A stretch of DNA of 64,000 bases from Lingula anatina (lineage: Eukaryota > Animalia > Brachiopoda): NCBI GenBank assembly GCA_051362555.1, contig CM120646.1, forward strand, positions 4,154,001-4,218,000, written 5' to 3'. Shown in pieces: positions 12,325 through 23,607 of this stretch; position 1 is the stretch's first letter, and each line of letters begins with the position of its first letter. Below the pieces are notes generated by a model. It was not told the origin of the DNA, ran no database searches, and saw only the letters and a program-made list of their open reading frames with translations. The position numbers and the translations under genes were made by a program.

Positions 12325-13918
12325 TTAATTCAGGTAGGAATTATGAACGTTAAAGTGTGCAGTAGGAATGTGAATTAACATCATTCAAAGTGTTCAGTGG
12401 AATTTGAATATTTTTTATATCTTGTTTTCCTGTAATTAATCCATTCAGATGCCAAACCCACATTGTGATGTCACATTTACCAGCCATGAGGCACGTGAAA
12501 GCAGAAACATGGCAGGCATCTTTTTTTTTTTTTTTTTTTTTTTTTTGAAAATGTTTACTTAATACACAGTCACTACAGTGACAAACACGAAGGCAACAAG
12601 CCCTCATGTTCAGTGTGGTTCATACATAAGTATAACTGAGTACATTGAGTGTCTGTGGGGACCATTGGTGTGATTTTTTTTCAGAAATCGAAGGGGGTTC
12701 AGGACCCCCCTGACACCCCCCTAAATCTGCCACTGCATTTATTGGCTGCAAGTTGGCATTAGGGTTACTATATGGTCAGTGCACTGAAACCAGTGAGTGT
12801 AATGGTCAAATGGTATCTAACACAGATATCCTGCAGTTGCAATGTATAAAAATTATCTAATACATTTATATGGGTCATTCTTTCTTTTAAACTTGTGAAA
12901 GCTCTTTGACTAATATTGAGAAGTCATATTGAGAAGTCAACTTTGCAATGTTGGCTGTTTAATTTAGGCAGCCTAAGTTTAGTCCAAGAACTTCAGACGT
13001 TTTTGTGAAAGAGACCCTTAGAAATAGAACAGTTTAATATACGGTAATAAATGTGAAAGTATTTTATGTTTTGCAGCCCACAGATATGGAAAACCAGCAG
13101 CCAAAACCAAAGAAAAAGAATATTTATAGAACATCTGGTAAGTGTGCACTGTACCAAAATGATGATAACATTGTTTTGCTGATGATATGCTTTGTTCTTC
13201 AGTTACAAGTTAAAATGAAACGGAGAGAAATGGTAGATGTGATGAAAGCTTAATGAATGCTTAGTGTAAAATTTATGCAAAATATTTGTGTTTAATGATA
13301 AATGAAAGAGGTAAGGGGTGTGAGAAGGAGGGAGGGAGGGGCGACGGCAAAGAACTGCTCTTGGCCCTGAAGTCAGCTCTGAATCAAATGTTTTTCTATT
13401 TTCGTTGCCATTTCTCAAGCTCGGACAACTGAAGGGGAAAAGCTACCACTTTTTTTCCCCAAAAAGAACCCCAATTTCAAATTGCCAGCAACTGGCCTGC
13501 ATATTATCTGTCGAATTACAATTAAGTTCTGATGTCTAGTTACCACTCAAGTTCACATTGCCTTTTACATGAAGTTTTATACAACACCATTCTCTCATTT
13601 ATAGTAGTGTTTATGGTATGATGGACCTTTTGGCAACCTGCCCTGCCATTGTGTAAATACTTCAGTACTTTATATAGCATATTAATCCAACCTTTTAACG
13701 CTTTTAACTGTTACAGATTCCTTGGTGTAAAATAAAGATATACACCTTTTTTGCTTCATGGAAACCATTGTTCTTGATAACTAAACATACTTGACACAGA
13801 GGTGACATTTCTTTTTCAGATTATAATCCCTTGATGGGTTCAAGTTCAGGAGCAACATTCCGACCCCCGCGTCGTGGAGGCGCTGGAGGAGGATGAGGTT
13901 AATTTTTCGTGTACAGAG

Positions 13919-14040
13919 GGCACCACATACCTTGGCACCACATACCTTGGCACCACATACCTGGGTACCACATACCTTGGCGCCACATACCTGGGAACCA
14001 TACAACTGGGCACCATGTGCCTGGACACCATACAACTAGC
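13919..14040. repeat. 15-bp minisatellite (GGCACCACATACCT[T/G]), about 8 units
   Basis: Directly visible repeat; it produces the periodic GTTYL/VVPRY/HHIPW ORFs in several frames. Confidence 0.9.
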
Positions 14041-16089
14041 CACTTGCTGGATGGGAAACTGTTGCCAGAAGAAATGAAAAAATTCAAATTTGGCCTTGTA
14101 AATTATAAATATTTAAATTTTCTGACAATTTTTCATTAGTTTGTCTGAGAGGTCTATGGACTTCATTTCATTTTATACCTAGCGTAATTACTACAGTTTC
14201 TTAGTTGGCATCAAGGGTACAGGTACATGTTGTAGATACACCACCAGTCAGCACTCTGAATGTGTTATGAACACAAGTGCCAGCTCATTGTGGCTGCCAC
14301 ATACACCAGGTTATGGCTAGTGGTGTATCTGTGTTACAGTTCTATGTTGAGATCTAGGTATTGTCTTGGTCACATTCACGTGTGATGTGCGTGTGTGGGA
14401 GATGCGTCACGTCTGAGTCTTGTGTTCTTGACATTCATCATGGCATGAGAGTGTGATGTGTATTCCACAATAAGTTCTTAGTATGAAAGCTGTGAAAATC
14501 TATGCATCATTAGCTGAGCTGTAGAGCGTAATCTTTATCTTTATTTCCAAAGAATTATCAACAATATCTGATTCTGATTTTGTTGCAAATATTTTTCAAT
14601 ATAATGCATCCCTTAGCAAAATATCAGGCTTGCTGCAAAGTTGCAGCGAATTGCTGCAATATTGCTGCAAACTTTTCATTTTGCTTAGGGGTAACATTAC
14701 CATTCAATGAGCTTTCAAAATATAGGAGGGACGTTGAAGTGAAAAACAAGGGAAAGTTAAAGATTTTTACAGCTTGCGTTTAGGGAACTTTTTACTATAT
14801 AATTTGATATAAGTAGTTTGATATTTAGTTTAATGAATTGATAAACAAGTTGACTGACCCTTTTTAGTAGAAAGTGATCTTCTTGCTGTAAAGTTCCAAC
14901 AAATTTTTTGAAGATGTTCTTGACCATTGTGATTATTATGTCACTGATTATATCTTTGGCATTAAGATACAAGGTATTTTATTGACTGAGCACCCAGCCG
15001 GTGGTACATGCCCAGTAGGCATTAATGCCTTTCTGATTCCCCCCCGGTTTTACCTTTATTTGCCCTTAAAATGTGTGATGTTCCAATGTTATATGTATGC
15101 ACATCCTTCTATTTTTGATATTGTGAAAATGCCACCATACTTTGAATGCAATGATATTATGTGGAACCCCTCTGTGCACGATGAATAGAATACTCGCCCG
15201 TGTAGCAGAATTCATCCATTAGTAATTTGGTCAATGAGTGAATTCTCTATGATACTAGTTTTGGAAATGGCTTCCTAGCCATCAAAACTGGCTGAAGTGG
15301 CTACACAGGCTGTGTACTTGAGTCTTATTTATTTAAGATGTTGAGAACAATTGGGGTTCAAAAGTAGTACCTTGAGTGGAAGGTTAGTCTTGACATTTTG
15401 TCTTTTTTCCATATAAAGGCAAGAAATGCACTCAAAATAATATTTAAATGATCCAACTACATATTTCGACTTTCATTATCAAAACCATCTCACCCAGCAA
15501 CCTCATGATACTCATAAAATGGTAGTTAGCCAAATGTACCCTTAAAATATGACACAGGTGTTGAGCTATTGAATCCCTCAATTTTGGTGTGGAACAGAGG
15601 GCTCACTACTAGTAAATGTTTATTCATAAAAAGACAAAATACCAGGACTTGCCTTCTACTCGGTGTACTACCATTAAATCCCCTTGGATACGCTGTATTT
15701 ATTGTTTATGATAATTGTATTTGTTAAAAGTGCGAAGGAAGTGTCACCAGTTCTCTTTCCTGTTTTTAGTCTAGAGTTGTTTTCATGGACAGAAAATGAA
15801 TATAGATGTAAAACAGCTATGTGTACTTTCATTATAAATAAATTTTTTAAAAAATGTGTGTAATTGTCAAAACTACAAAAAATACCCATAGTTTTCTATT
15901 TTATTTTTTTTTTTTTTTCGGGGGTTGGGGGGGCTCAGTTTTAACTCAATTATTTCATTTTAAGTCAAATAATCTTCGTTAGATATTCGAGCCATATCTT
16001 ATTTCTCTCATCAAAATTCACTTCAGGAGACTGTTGCTATATAAACTATAGAACATCATACATTGTAACTGACAAGAGCCCTTGACTGG

Positions 16090-16324
16090 ATTCCCATGCC
16101 TAGATCGATCCACCTGGATCGGTCTAACTCCCTGGGGAGTCTCACTAAACTGCTATCAACTTGCAAGCTTTAATGTCTGTCACGCCTACAGAATCTGCTA
16201 GGGTGTAAAGATAATTACCCCCTAACAGCTATACTAGGCGTGCCAGACATTTAAGCCGGTTAAACTGATAGCAATTTAGTGTGACTCCCCAGGGAGATAG
16301 ATCGATCCAAATATCTGTGGGAAT
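16090..16324. mobile_element. Palindromic MITE, family A (copy 1)
   Basis: GATCGGTCTAACTCCCTGGGGAGTCTCACTAAACTGCTATCA versus TGATAGCAATTTAGTGTGACTCCCCAGGGAGATAGATCGATC; homologous copy at 57611-57823. Confidence 0.75.
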
Positions 16325-16840
16325 GGTCCCTAGAATCCTACCTTTTTTTTTATTATTATTACTATATAGTGATTTACCTCTAATTTCTATGAACTGTTTT
16401 ATAAGACACTAACTCATTGCAAGTCGGACCAATAATATAGACTTCAAGAAAATGGGTTTGTTGCAGTGACCTTTCATTATATATACATTATACATTATTA
16501 TGCTGTGAACTAAAGACATATACTGACCACGATACCTGGGTTAATCATACAAGTGCCCACAATGCCTTCCATTACCCATTTTTTAAGGATTTCAGATGAT
16601 GCATTTCACATCATTTTTTACTGGTCTTAGCCTTAGTTTTTTTTTATAACCTCCATTTAGGAGGTTATGTTTTTCTCGCTGTTAGCTTGTCTATGTACAG
16701 CATTGCAAAAAAAGTAATTGTTTCTTTTCCAGAACATTTCGAAAAAATGTTACTCTCAGGTTCCAAAAAGTGTGATACAAAAAGTTTTTGAAATGAAGAA
16801 TATTGTTTTGGATGTCTTTTAATCAGAGTGGAGGGATAAC

Positions 16841-16887
<47 letters not shown>

Positions 16888-17575
16888 GGGGCTCATCGGT
16901 GCGGGGACGTACAGGGATGTAGCCAACAGAAATGTTGAGTTTGTAATAAAACTTTTAAAAAAATAACACCAGATTTGGTTACTGGTGTGTAACCTGCCCA
17001 ATAGGTAGATGACTACAAGTTCTCTCAACAACGAATACACCTGGCAATACTGTGGTGGATTGGAAGAGCACTACTTCCAAGCTCAGAAGAATGTTGTTCA
17101 TTCTCATTAACACCATACAGATCCTTTTCCAAATGTTCCTGTTATTTCGAAGAACACATGTCCAGAAACGTGCTCGGTCCGACGTGACCACCTACAGGCA
17201 CAACCGGTACCTACTGGTAACACTAATAAAATGTTGAAATTTCCAAGAAACGAAGGTCGATGACGGACACTATATACTTTGGCGCTGGCAAAAGTTGAAA
17301 CCCGATGTGACAGGAATTCCATTCTCCATTACCTTGTAGAGGTGACGTTCGCCCCGCTTACAAACCTCAATACTCCGATTAACCCTGCGTTTGAGGTTAA
17401 TTCTGATTAAGATCATTCAGACCTTTTTCCAAAAATTCCAGATATTTTGAAGAACACGTGTCCAGCAACGTGCATTAAACGACACGCTCATCATCAGTAC
17501 TACTGGTAGCGGTAATAAAATTTAGAAAATACCAAGAAATAAAGTTTGGTGACGAACACCATATAACACCATAGG

Positions 17576-17625
<50 letters not shown>

Positions 17626-17731
17626 GCAGAAGTTGACACTAGTGTAACGTGACAAAAAGCCCACCATGCCAGAGAGCCCGGAGCCTCGCCCTAGGTTTTG
17701 ACCCATTTATGTCAGACTAACCCTCACCATT

Positions 17732-18022
17732 CAGGGGCGGATCCAGGATTATTTGTAGGGGGTTCGTAGATATGAAGCGGACCCCCCCCCCCCCCCCCCC
17801 CCCCCCTTGGCGTGGGGTTCAGGGCCCGCTGAAGGGGTCCAAAGTCTATTGTATTTAAGAGGACAAACGATGTTATTTGGTACTGTTTAAAACTATGATT
17901 CAGCTAGTCAAAATTCTTATTTCAAGAGGGGACCCTTGATGTGATTTTTTAAGAAAACGAAGGGCTTGTAAGAACCCCCCTGACCCCTCTCCCCCTCCCC
18001 CCCCCCCCCAAGTCCGCCAATG
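17732..18022. mobile_element. CAGGGGCGGATCCAGG-type MITE, degenerate
   Basis: 5' CAGGGGCGGATCCAGG and 3' TCCGCCAATG with poly-C tracts; a similar right end (ATCTGCCACTG) occurs near 12725. Confidence 0.55.
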
Positions 18023-18100
18023 CACTGAAACTAAATGGAGGGTGAACTTTCTGTTACACGAACCCTCAGTCTCGTTACATCTGTGTGACAGGAATCGGGG

Positions 18101-18372
18101 CTACCCAACTACCAGACTATAGGCACATAAGGATCCTGAATTAACCGGTATATCGAACCATACTACCCGTTTTCAAGGTGTGTGCCAGATCGCATTTCGG
18201 AGTATCATACCCCAGAACAAATTCTGTAGGACGACCGCGGGCTCATCCTGTCGGTGTTCTGACTGATACTCCGAAATGCGATCTGACACACACCTTGAAA
18301 ACGGGTAGTATGGTCCGATATACCGGTTAATTCAGGATCATTATGTGCCGATCGAGTCTGGTAGTTGGGTAG
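18101..18372. mobile_element. Young foldback MITE with about 105-bp near-perfect arms
   Basis: CTACCCAACTACCAGACT..GGATCCTGAATTAACCGGTATATCGAACCATACTACCCGTTTTCAAGGTGTGTGCCAGATCGCATTTCGGAGTATCA is mirrored at 18264-18372 with few mismatches. Confidence 0.85.
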
Positions 18373-19581
18373 GCCTGGGAATGCTAGCCTGCTAGAAACC
18401 GTTGTTCACTCCCCATTGCAGTACCTTATACGGGTAACATTCGTCCCATATACTAACCCCAATATTAATACTCCAGCTAACCCTAACCTGTGCCAGTCGT
18501 ATGGGAGCCCAGATTCCATTCCTAGAACTACATGTATATATAGTGCGTGTGAGGTTAATTTTCATTAATACCATTCAGACCTTTTTCCAAATATTCCAGA
18601 TATTTCGAAGAAAGCAAGTCCAGAAACGTGCTCGGCCCGACGCGATCACCAGCACACCCGGTATACCTACTGACAGCGGTAAAAAATGTGAAATACCAAG
18701 AACGAACTAAGTTTGATGACGGACACTATATATAGGCCTACCAGTTCTTTGGCGCTGGCAGCAGTTGAAACACGGTGTGACAGGAATTCCATTCCCTATT
18801 ATATCCCCAATGCTCCCCAATGCCGACTAACCCTAACCTGTGTTAATGACATGGGACCCGTGCTTCCATTCCTAGATCTACCATTCCTGGCACACCCGTC
18901 GTGTTGAGTTGTATGTCGTGTCTATAAGAGGCGGAGGCACCCGACCAGCACTCTCTTTCCCAAAATCATTCAAAAGCAAACGTTTGACAAAGAAACATGT
19001 TTTTTGGGCGTTACTGACAATCAGGGGGGATGAGGTGGGGTTGGGGGTGGCCTGGGAGCTCCTTTTATCGTTATCTCTTTAACTTTATAAAGACACCTTG
19101 CCATTATATTATTACTTCCAAGTTCCAACGCGCCATGTAAGGTATCATGTCACTAATAACGATCTCTTCGTATTACATGTCACGAAAACACGTTGCAACT
19201 CCATAACGTAATCCTCGTGCCCATTTGTCATGATATTTGAAACCAAATTTGTAACTTTAACCCGGTAAAAGCAAACATACATTCCCCTACCATCCCGTGA
19301 TTCCAAAGCCAGAAAACGAATTAAGCTAGATAATCTGTAGAGAGATCCCATACGTCAACCTTAGATTCGCCACTTTCTGAAATCCGACAAATCTGACAAA
19401 CAGAGAATAACCCTTACCATTTTTACTAAATGAAGGTTGAACTTTCTGTTACAGTCTCCAAAACCTGGTTTTCTGATGCCTTCAGAGTATGGCTTGCTGT
19501 AGATTTTCAGACTATATTCTCGCAAAAATAAATTGTCCACCAGTAAAGAATTCAGAAAACCAAGTTCACCATGCAGACATC

Positions 19582-19830
19582 ATGCCACGGCTGTCTGATC
19601 TGGACAGGGCTCATATCATTGCCATTTCCACAGTTTTGTCTCAGGCGGGCATAAGTGGCAATTTCCAGACAGCACTCACTGTGATTGCAGGGATACCAGG
19701 TGAAAATTTGATTTGCGACCCGTACGGATATGAAGTCTTTTATACGCTTGTTCCGGCAGGACAACGCCGTCCCCATACTGCCAGGACAGTACGGGTGACC
19801 TGCAGCAGGCGCAGATCCAGACCCTAGGTG
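19582..19830 (+). pseudogene. Tc1/mariner-like transposase N-terminal remnant
   Basis: MPRLSDLDRAHII resembles Tc1 paired-domain starts (MPRLS..ER..AIG), and the later ARTVR..LQQAQI resembles the RTVRNRL..AG HTH; heavily deleted and frameshifted. Confidence 0.45.
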
Positions 19831-20442
19831 CCAGCGTTTAGACCATGAACAATATACTACCATTTATGCAGGGCAATTGTAAGATAAAGTATATTAAAAC
19901 GATAGATATATAAAATAAAATTTGGGAGCTAGTGTAGTATGAAACTAACTATATAGGTAGTCGGCTAACCTTAAACTCGTTCCACACTTGGACGAATAGA
20001 ACGTTGTTATTCGCTAAAGTTCGACATTCGGGATCATGGGGATGGAAGACATAGCCGTAGATCTAGAAATCTCTCCATACCCGTTTGATCCTTTGATAAG
20101 CTATTTGTCTGATTTGTCGGATTCCACAGAGTCTGAAAGTGAGGAATCTGAGGCTTTGAAATTACGGAATGGTAGGGGAATGTACCTTTGCTCATATCCA
20201 TGTTTGATGTTTAGATGTAGAAAGCCCCAAGGTCCTGCAGAACTGGGACTCTTCTACACAAGCCGTTTATATTATAAAGGAGTGCTGACGATTTATAGGG
20301 TGACTACAACGTATTAAACAGTACATTTTGGTCGTAAGTGTACCAGATAGACGAAAAGCCTGTTGCTTCATATAAAATTTAGATTTGTTAAGTTTGCCAG
20401 TTATATATTTTATGCACATTACTATAACTGTATGTAAGAAAA

Positions 20443-20763
20443 CAGGCCCGTAGCCAGCAACTTCAAAGGGGTGGTTCTTTTTCTAATAAAGTGGACCTTT
20501 TACAATGAAGCCTATGTGTACTTAAATAAAATTATAATAATAAAATTTATTAAGCATTAAAATGTGCACATTTTACAGGCTCTCTACTCTAATCATAAAA
20601 ACTTACAACAATTATACAAATACTTTTGGAATGATTACTGGGAAGCAGCACAGAATAAAACGACTATTGCTATTGATGGGTGTGTCGTTTTTGTACCCAG
20701 ATGGACCTTTTCCTGGCAAAAAGGGCAGTTCTTTCGACCCCCCCCCCCCGGGCTACGGGCCTG
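20443..20763. mobile_element. MITE CAGGCCCGTAGCC...GGCTACGGGCCTG (copy 2 of the 4206 family)
   Basis: 13-bp perfect TIR; internal AAAGTGGACCTTT and GGACCTTTTCC shared with 4206-4378. Confidence 0.75.
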
Positions 20764-23607
20764 GAAAACAACTTATCAATTTTAAAATTAAAATTCTTTA
20801 GCCACTCCAAAGGTGGCTTCCAGCACTTCCCCTACCTCCCCTTCTCTCTCTCTCTGGTTCTCTGTATATGTAACAAGCATTTACACCAAAGGGAAATCAT
20901 TACATACATTCTTGATTTTATTCAGTGGAAAATGTTCGATTTGATAGAGTAACTGAAACAAAAAATTTGGTTATTGTATATCATGTCATGGTAAAAATTA
21001 TTGTTTCATAGGACAACTCAGGACAGAGCCGCCAGGGGACGTGTTTTAACACAGCTGCGCAACTGCTCCGTACCTTCCCATAACATAGTTCGATAATTGA
21101 TAAATCTTAAGTTTCTCACCTATAGGTGCGAAACTCAAGCGTCTTCTTTTATCTATCTATCCATCTTGCCATATAAACGTGACAGATCTGACGTATTTTT
21201 TGGCCTTCCTGACATATTTTTCAGCCTTCCTGGCAATTTTAGCAGCAGCTGCTGCCAGAGTCTCACTGAGCAGTAGTTGGGTAAGAGCTTGGGTCGGTGT
21301 GGATGTTCTGCGTTCTAACACCATCAGGAATATCCCTGTATGGCGTTTTCAGACAAATAAGTTCCGTTTTCTTGGAGAGGCATATACTTTTTGTTCCACT
21401 ACTTTAACTTAGATATCTTGACTTATAGAAAAATATTACTCGTAACCTACTCATTATGCAGATCTTTTTATGTCCCCACATTTTTTTCTTCGCGACTAGT
21501 ACAGACATTTTTTCTAGTTTTGGTTTTGACATTCACAGTGTCATTTCCTCTTTATCCTTTGGTATTTCATGGCCGAAACATACATCACTTAATAACTCGT
21601 TTTATTCCCTCCCTCAACTTTGTTTTCCTCTGCCTTTCTGCTCTTTAGAGGGTTACCAAAGATAAATATATCACACTAGATACATTTTCCTGAATTACGT
21701 TTGATTAAATTAATATTGAACAAAAGCTCTTTGATTATAATATCAAATAAGAGAGTTTATTTCACTTATATTATAGTCAACTGAGATATGCTACAGTTGA
21801 TTCCAAACAGACATTGTCTTTAAAATAGCCCATGACTTACGTAGTGGCCAGGCTTCTCTGTGTACTGACTTTCTTTTAAATCATTCAACCATTCCAAAGG
21901 ATATCCCTGGAACTGTGTTTAATCAGAATTGCTTATTTATTTATTTAAGCCCATGCTGTCTAGAGAATAACTCTTGCCCCGGTTTCACAAAAAGAAAAAA
22001 AATTAAGTCAGTACTGGTGGCTAACATCTTTGTTACCATCGTTAAATGGTCACATGCGTGTGTCTTACCCTATCAGGAACAGTTTTAGAGCACTCTCATG
22101 GAAATCCTGGTCAACAAAGCCAGGTAACTGACTTATTTTATTTATTTATTTATTTATTTTACTATTATAATTTTTTTTTTTGCAAAACCGGGGCCCGATA
22201 TCCATATGAACATCATGCCAGTGGCGCTGGTGGCGAAAAGTACGGTCATCCTGCATGACGTCTGTATTTGTAACTATTAAATACAAATAGATAAAGCATA
22301 CATAGACCGTCCAAAATTATGTTAAAGCTATTTAAAACATATATTTCTGATTTGTCACAGATAGACCTTGGTATGCAAAATCACACGTACGGGTCTCGTC
22401 ATGACGGTCCGACATCGACTTACTTTAGCACTGCAGTGACGACGCACTTTTCACGCTAGTCAACTTCAAGTAATTTATGTGTCCCTTTAAATTCATTCCT
22501 TTTGAAAGATAACGTTTGCTAGTACCCCTTAAATAAAAAAAGTCACTTATTATTGTATTCTAAAAAAAATCTGGTTTTAATGTTTAGCAAGTTATCTTAT
22601 TTTTCTGCGAGTAAGAGTGCCCGATTAACTGCAAGTGTCTAGCTTGAAGTAACCAATCTAAAAAAAGAATACGAGTTTCTGCAAAGTACATGAAAACCAC
22701 AGAGAACACTAGAACAACAACATTAAACACACAAACCCAATATAGAGGTGCATTTCACATGTTGAAGTGTCAAAAAATAGAATTGAATGAATTCAAAGTT
22801 GAATTCAATTTTTTAAATCATATATGTGTATAGAACAAAAATCCACGACTGTCTCAATTTAAATTCAAATTCTAATTTTTACTATGTCTTTTACATTACT
22901 CAATGAGTAACGTATGATCCAAAAAACGTACGGTAACGTACGTTCGGGGTCATTTAATTTTATTTTTATAACACGTTCCAATATATTTTGTAGTGGTTCA
23001 TATGCAGTCTTGGTAAATTAGACATGACATCAGGACGTTATTATAAATATCAAAACAGTGTTTTCTTTTGCTGACCGAAAAATATGTGATTCCATGATAG
23101 TTTGACGTTTCTTATATAATATTTGGAGCATGAGGGGAAAATGATTTATTTAATGCTTATTTTACTGTCGGTAGGGTGTATTTTCCCGTTTATTTAATAT
23201 TCAGTGACAAGCAAACTAAAGTAGCACAAAGACAATGAATTGCTCTATACAGAAAATTATTACAATTTTTTACAAGGTTATACTTGTTGGAGATAAATCA
23301 AAGAACAAAATCCACTGATGATTGAATTTTCTAAGTGAGTAAAACGTTTCGTAGTTGAACGTTTTGCATTTGTGAACAGTAACGCATTTTGGGAATAGAA
23401 GTTGAATTATTTTTTATTTATCATGGTTCCAGGAGAGTGAAACTTTGACCTAAACTTCTTCACATGGGACCCTAAAATAATCAGACACAGTTTGCAATCT
23501 GTGCACTAAAAATTTTAAGAGCATGCCTGTGACATCAACCGCACCCCTATATTGGGTTTGGGTGTAAACTCTATGCAACTTTAAGACACGGGACTTTGGA
23601 AGCTACC

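Larger units (their letters stand above)
17085..18800. repeat. Three diverged copies of a 200-250 bp unit (about 17100, 17415, 18565) interrupted by MITEs and (AT)n
   Basis: Shared core CAGAcCTTTTTCCAAA..TTCCaGaTATTTcGAAGAAcacgtGTCCAGaAACGTGC; copies 1 and 3 also share GTGTGACAGGAATTCCATT; CTAACCCT(A/C)ACC motifs near 17717, 18477 and 18827. Confidence 0.75.

Noticed and set aside
13919-14040. CRISPR-like array (also considered for 61128-62095)
   Set aside because: Repeats are contiguous without unique spacers, there are no cas genes, and the DNA is eukaryotic.
13781-14139. Repeat-protein ORFs (GTTYL, HHIPW, VVPRY, CGAKV repeats)
   Set aside because: All arise from one 15-bp minisatellite that is open in most frames; no gene context supports any of them.
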